DNA of 64,000 bases from Candidatus Micrarchaeota archaeon (GTDB lineage: Archaea > Micrarchaeota > Micrarchaeia > Micrarchaeales > CABMGC01). Where the stretch lies: the NCBI GenBank assembly GCA_021850805.1, contig JAJZKO010000002.1:39520-103519 (forward strand), read 5' to 3'. Under the pieces are notes generated by a model. It was not told where the DNA came from and made no database searches. It saw only the letters and a program-made list of their open reading frames with translations. The position numbers and the translations under genes were made by a program. Below, one piece after another: positions 63,504 to 64,000 of the stretch (position 1 is its first letter; each line of letters starts with the position of its first letter).

Positions 63504-64000
63504 ATGATGTCCATAGTCATATGCGGTATGGCTGCCACAGGTAAGACCACAGTCGCAAGCATAATAAGCAGGAAACTCTCCCTTCCCCTGATCGGAGGAG
63601 GAGATATACTGAAAGAGATGGCTCAGGAAAGGGGCTACAGCCCAAGCGGGGATAACTGGTGGGATACCGAAGAGGGAGTCAAGTTTCTCATGGAGAGGCA
63701 GAAGAATCCGGAATTTGACAAAGAAGCGGACAGGAAGCTTGTCGAGAAGATAAAGAAAGGCAACATAGTAGTTACAAGCTGGACGGCTCCATGGATAACC
63801 GGCGCAGGATTCAAGGTGTGGCTCTCCGCCTCGGAAGAGACACGCGCCAAGAGGATGTCGCTAAGGGACAAGACCAATATAAAAGAAAGCTCAGAGATGA
63901 TAAGGATAAGGGACAGGGAGAACTACAGCTTATACAAGGAGATGTACAACATAAACCTCGGCAAGGACAAGACCCCATTCAACCTAATAATAAATACGGA
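63504..64000 (+). CDS. cmk: cytidylate kinase, archaeal type (3' end beyond window)
   Basis: My own translation is MMSIVICGMAATGKTTVASIISRKLSLPLIGGGDILKEMAQERGY...VVTSWTAPW...KVWLSASEETRAKRM. The frame is open to the window end. It is absent from the ORF track because there is no stop within the window. Confidence 0.85.
   Translation, partial: MMSIVICGMAATGKTTVASIISRKLSLPLIGGGDILKEMAQERGYSPSGDNWWDTEEGVKFLMERQKNPEFDKEADRKLVEKIKKGNIVVTSWTAPWITGAGFKVWLSASEETRAKRMSLRDKTNIKESSEMIRIRDRENYSLYKEMYNINLGKDKTPFNLIINT

Noticed and set aside
1-64000. Search for CRISPR arrays, rRNA genes, transposases, integrases or prophage genes
   Set aside because: I saw no regularly spaced direct repeats, no rRNA-like conserved stretches, and no ORF with DDE, tyrosine-recombinase or serine-recombinase motifs. 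The window is densely packed with housekeeping genes.

Overview
This is an archaeal chromosomal window made up mostly of housekeeping genes, and it is almost fully coding on both strands. I found no rRNA, CRISPR array, transposase or integrase.

**Main gene content**
- Transcription: an rpoH-rpoB''-rpoB'-rpoA'-rpoA'' block with a split B subunit, followed by an Sm protein, and an rpoD-L18e-L13-S9-rpoN-S2 block.
- Replication and repair: MCM and RadA.
- Chaperones: thermosome and grpE-dnaK-dnaJ.
- Translation: TrpRS, MetRS and HisRS.
- Lipid and glycan genes: mevalonate kinase, HMG-CoA reductase, geranylgeranyl reductase, and AglB with a GT4 glycosyltransferase.
- The 3' end carries adk-DUF106-L34e-cmk.

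**tRNA genes**
- Four are readable: Ala-GGC, a Pro-like tRNA, Leu-GAG and Glu-UUC.
- Two of them carry extra sequence inside the T-arm, which I read as non-canonical introns.
- The same window encodes an unusually long, multi-unit tRNA-splicing endonuclease.
- Together with QSAMEYL-type class III signal peptides, this resembles what has been published for ARMAN/Micrarchaeota-like DPANN archaea. That taxonomic placement is an inference only.

**Items most worth follow-up**
1. A tight four-gene operon that couples a succinyl-CoA-synthetase-like two-subunit ligase with a divergent HMG-CoA-reductase paralogue that lacks the catalytic residues, plus the bona fide HMGR, next to mevalonate kinase.
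2. Pilin-type (class III signal peptide) proteins fused to a six-bladed Kelch-like propeller and to a LamG domain, with a prepilin peptidase nearby.
3. An ArsR-MerA mercury-resistance operon with a membrane protein carrying vicinal cysteine pairs and an anchored thioredoxin-like protein. Its merA has no canonical start codon.
4. A histone-fold protein with an arginine-rich N-terminal tail and an acidic L2 loop.
5. The intron-containing tRNAs.

All calls come from reading the sequence and the ORF translations. No database search was run.
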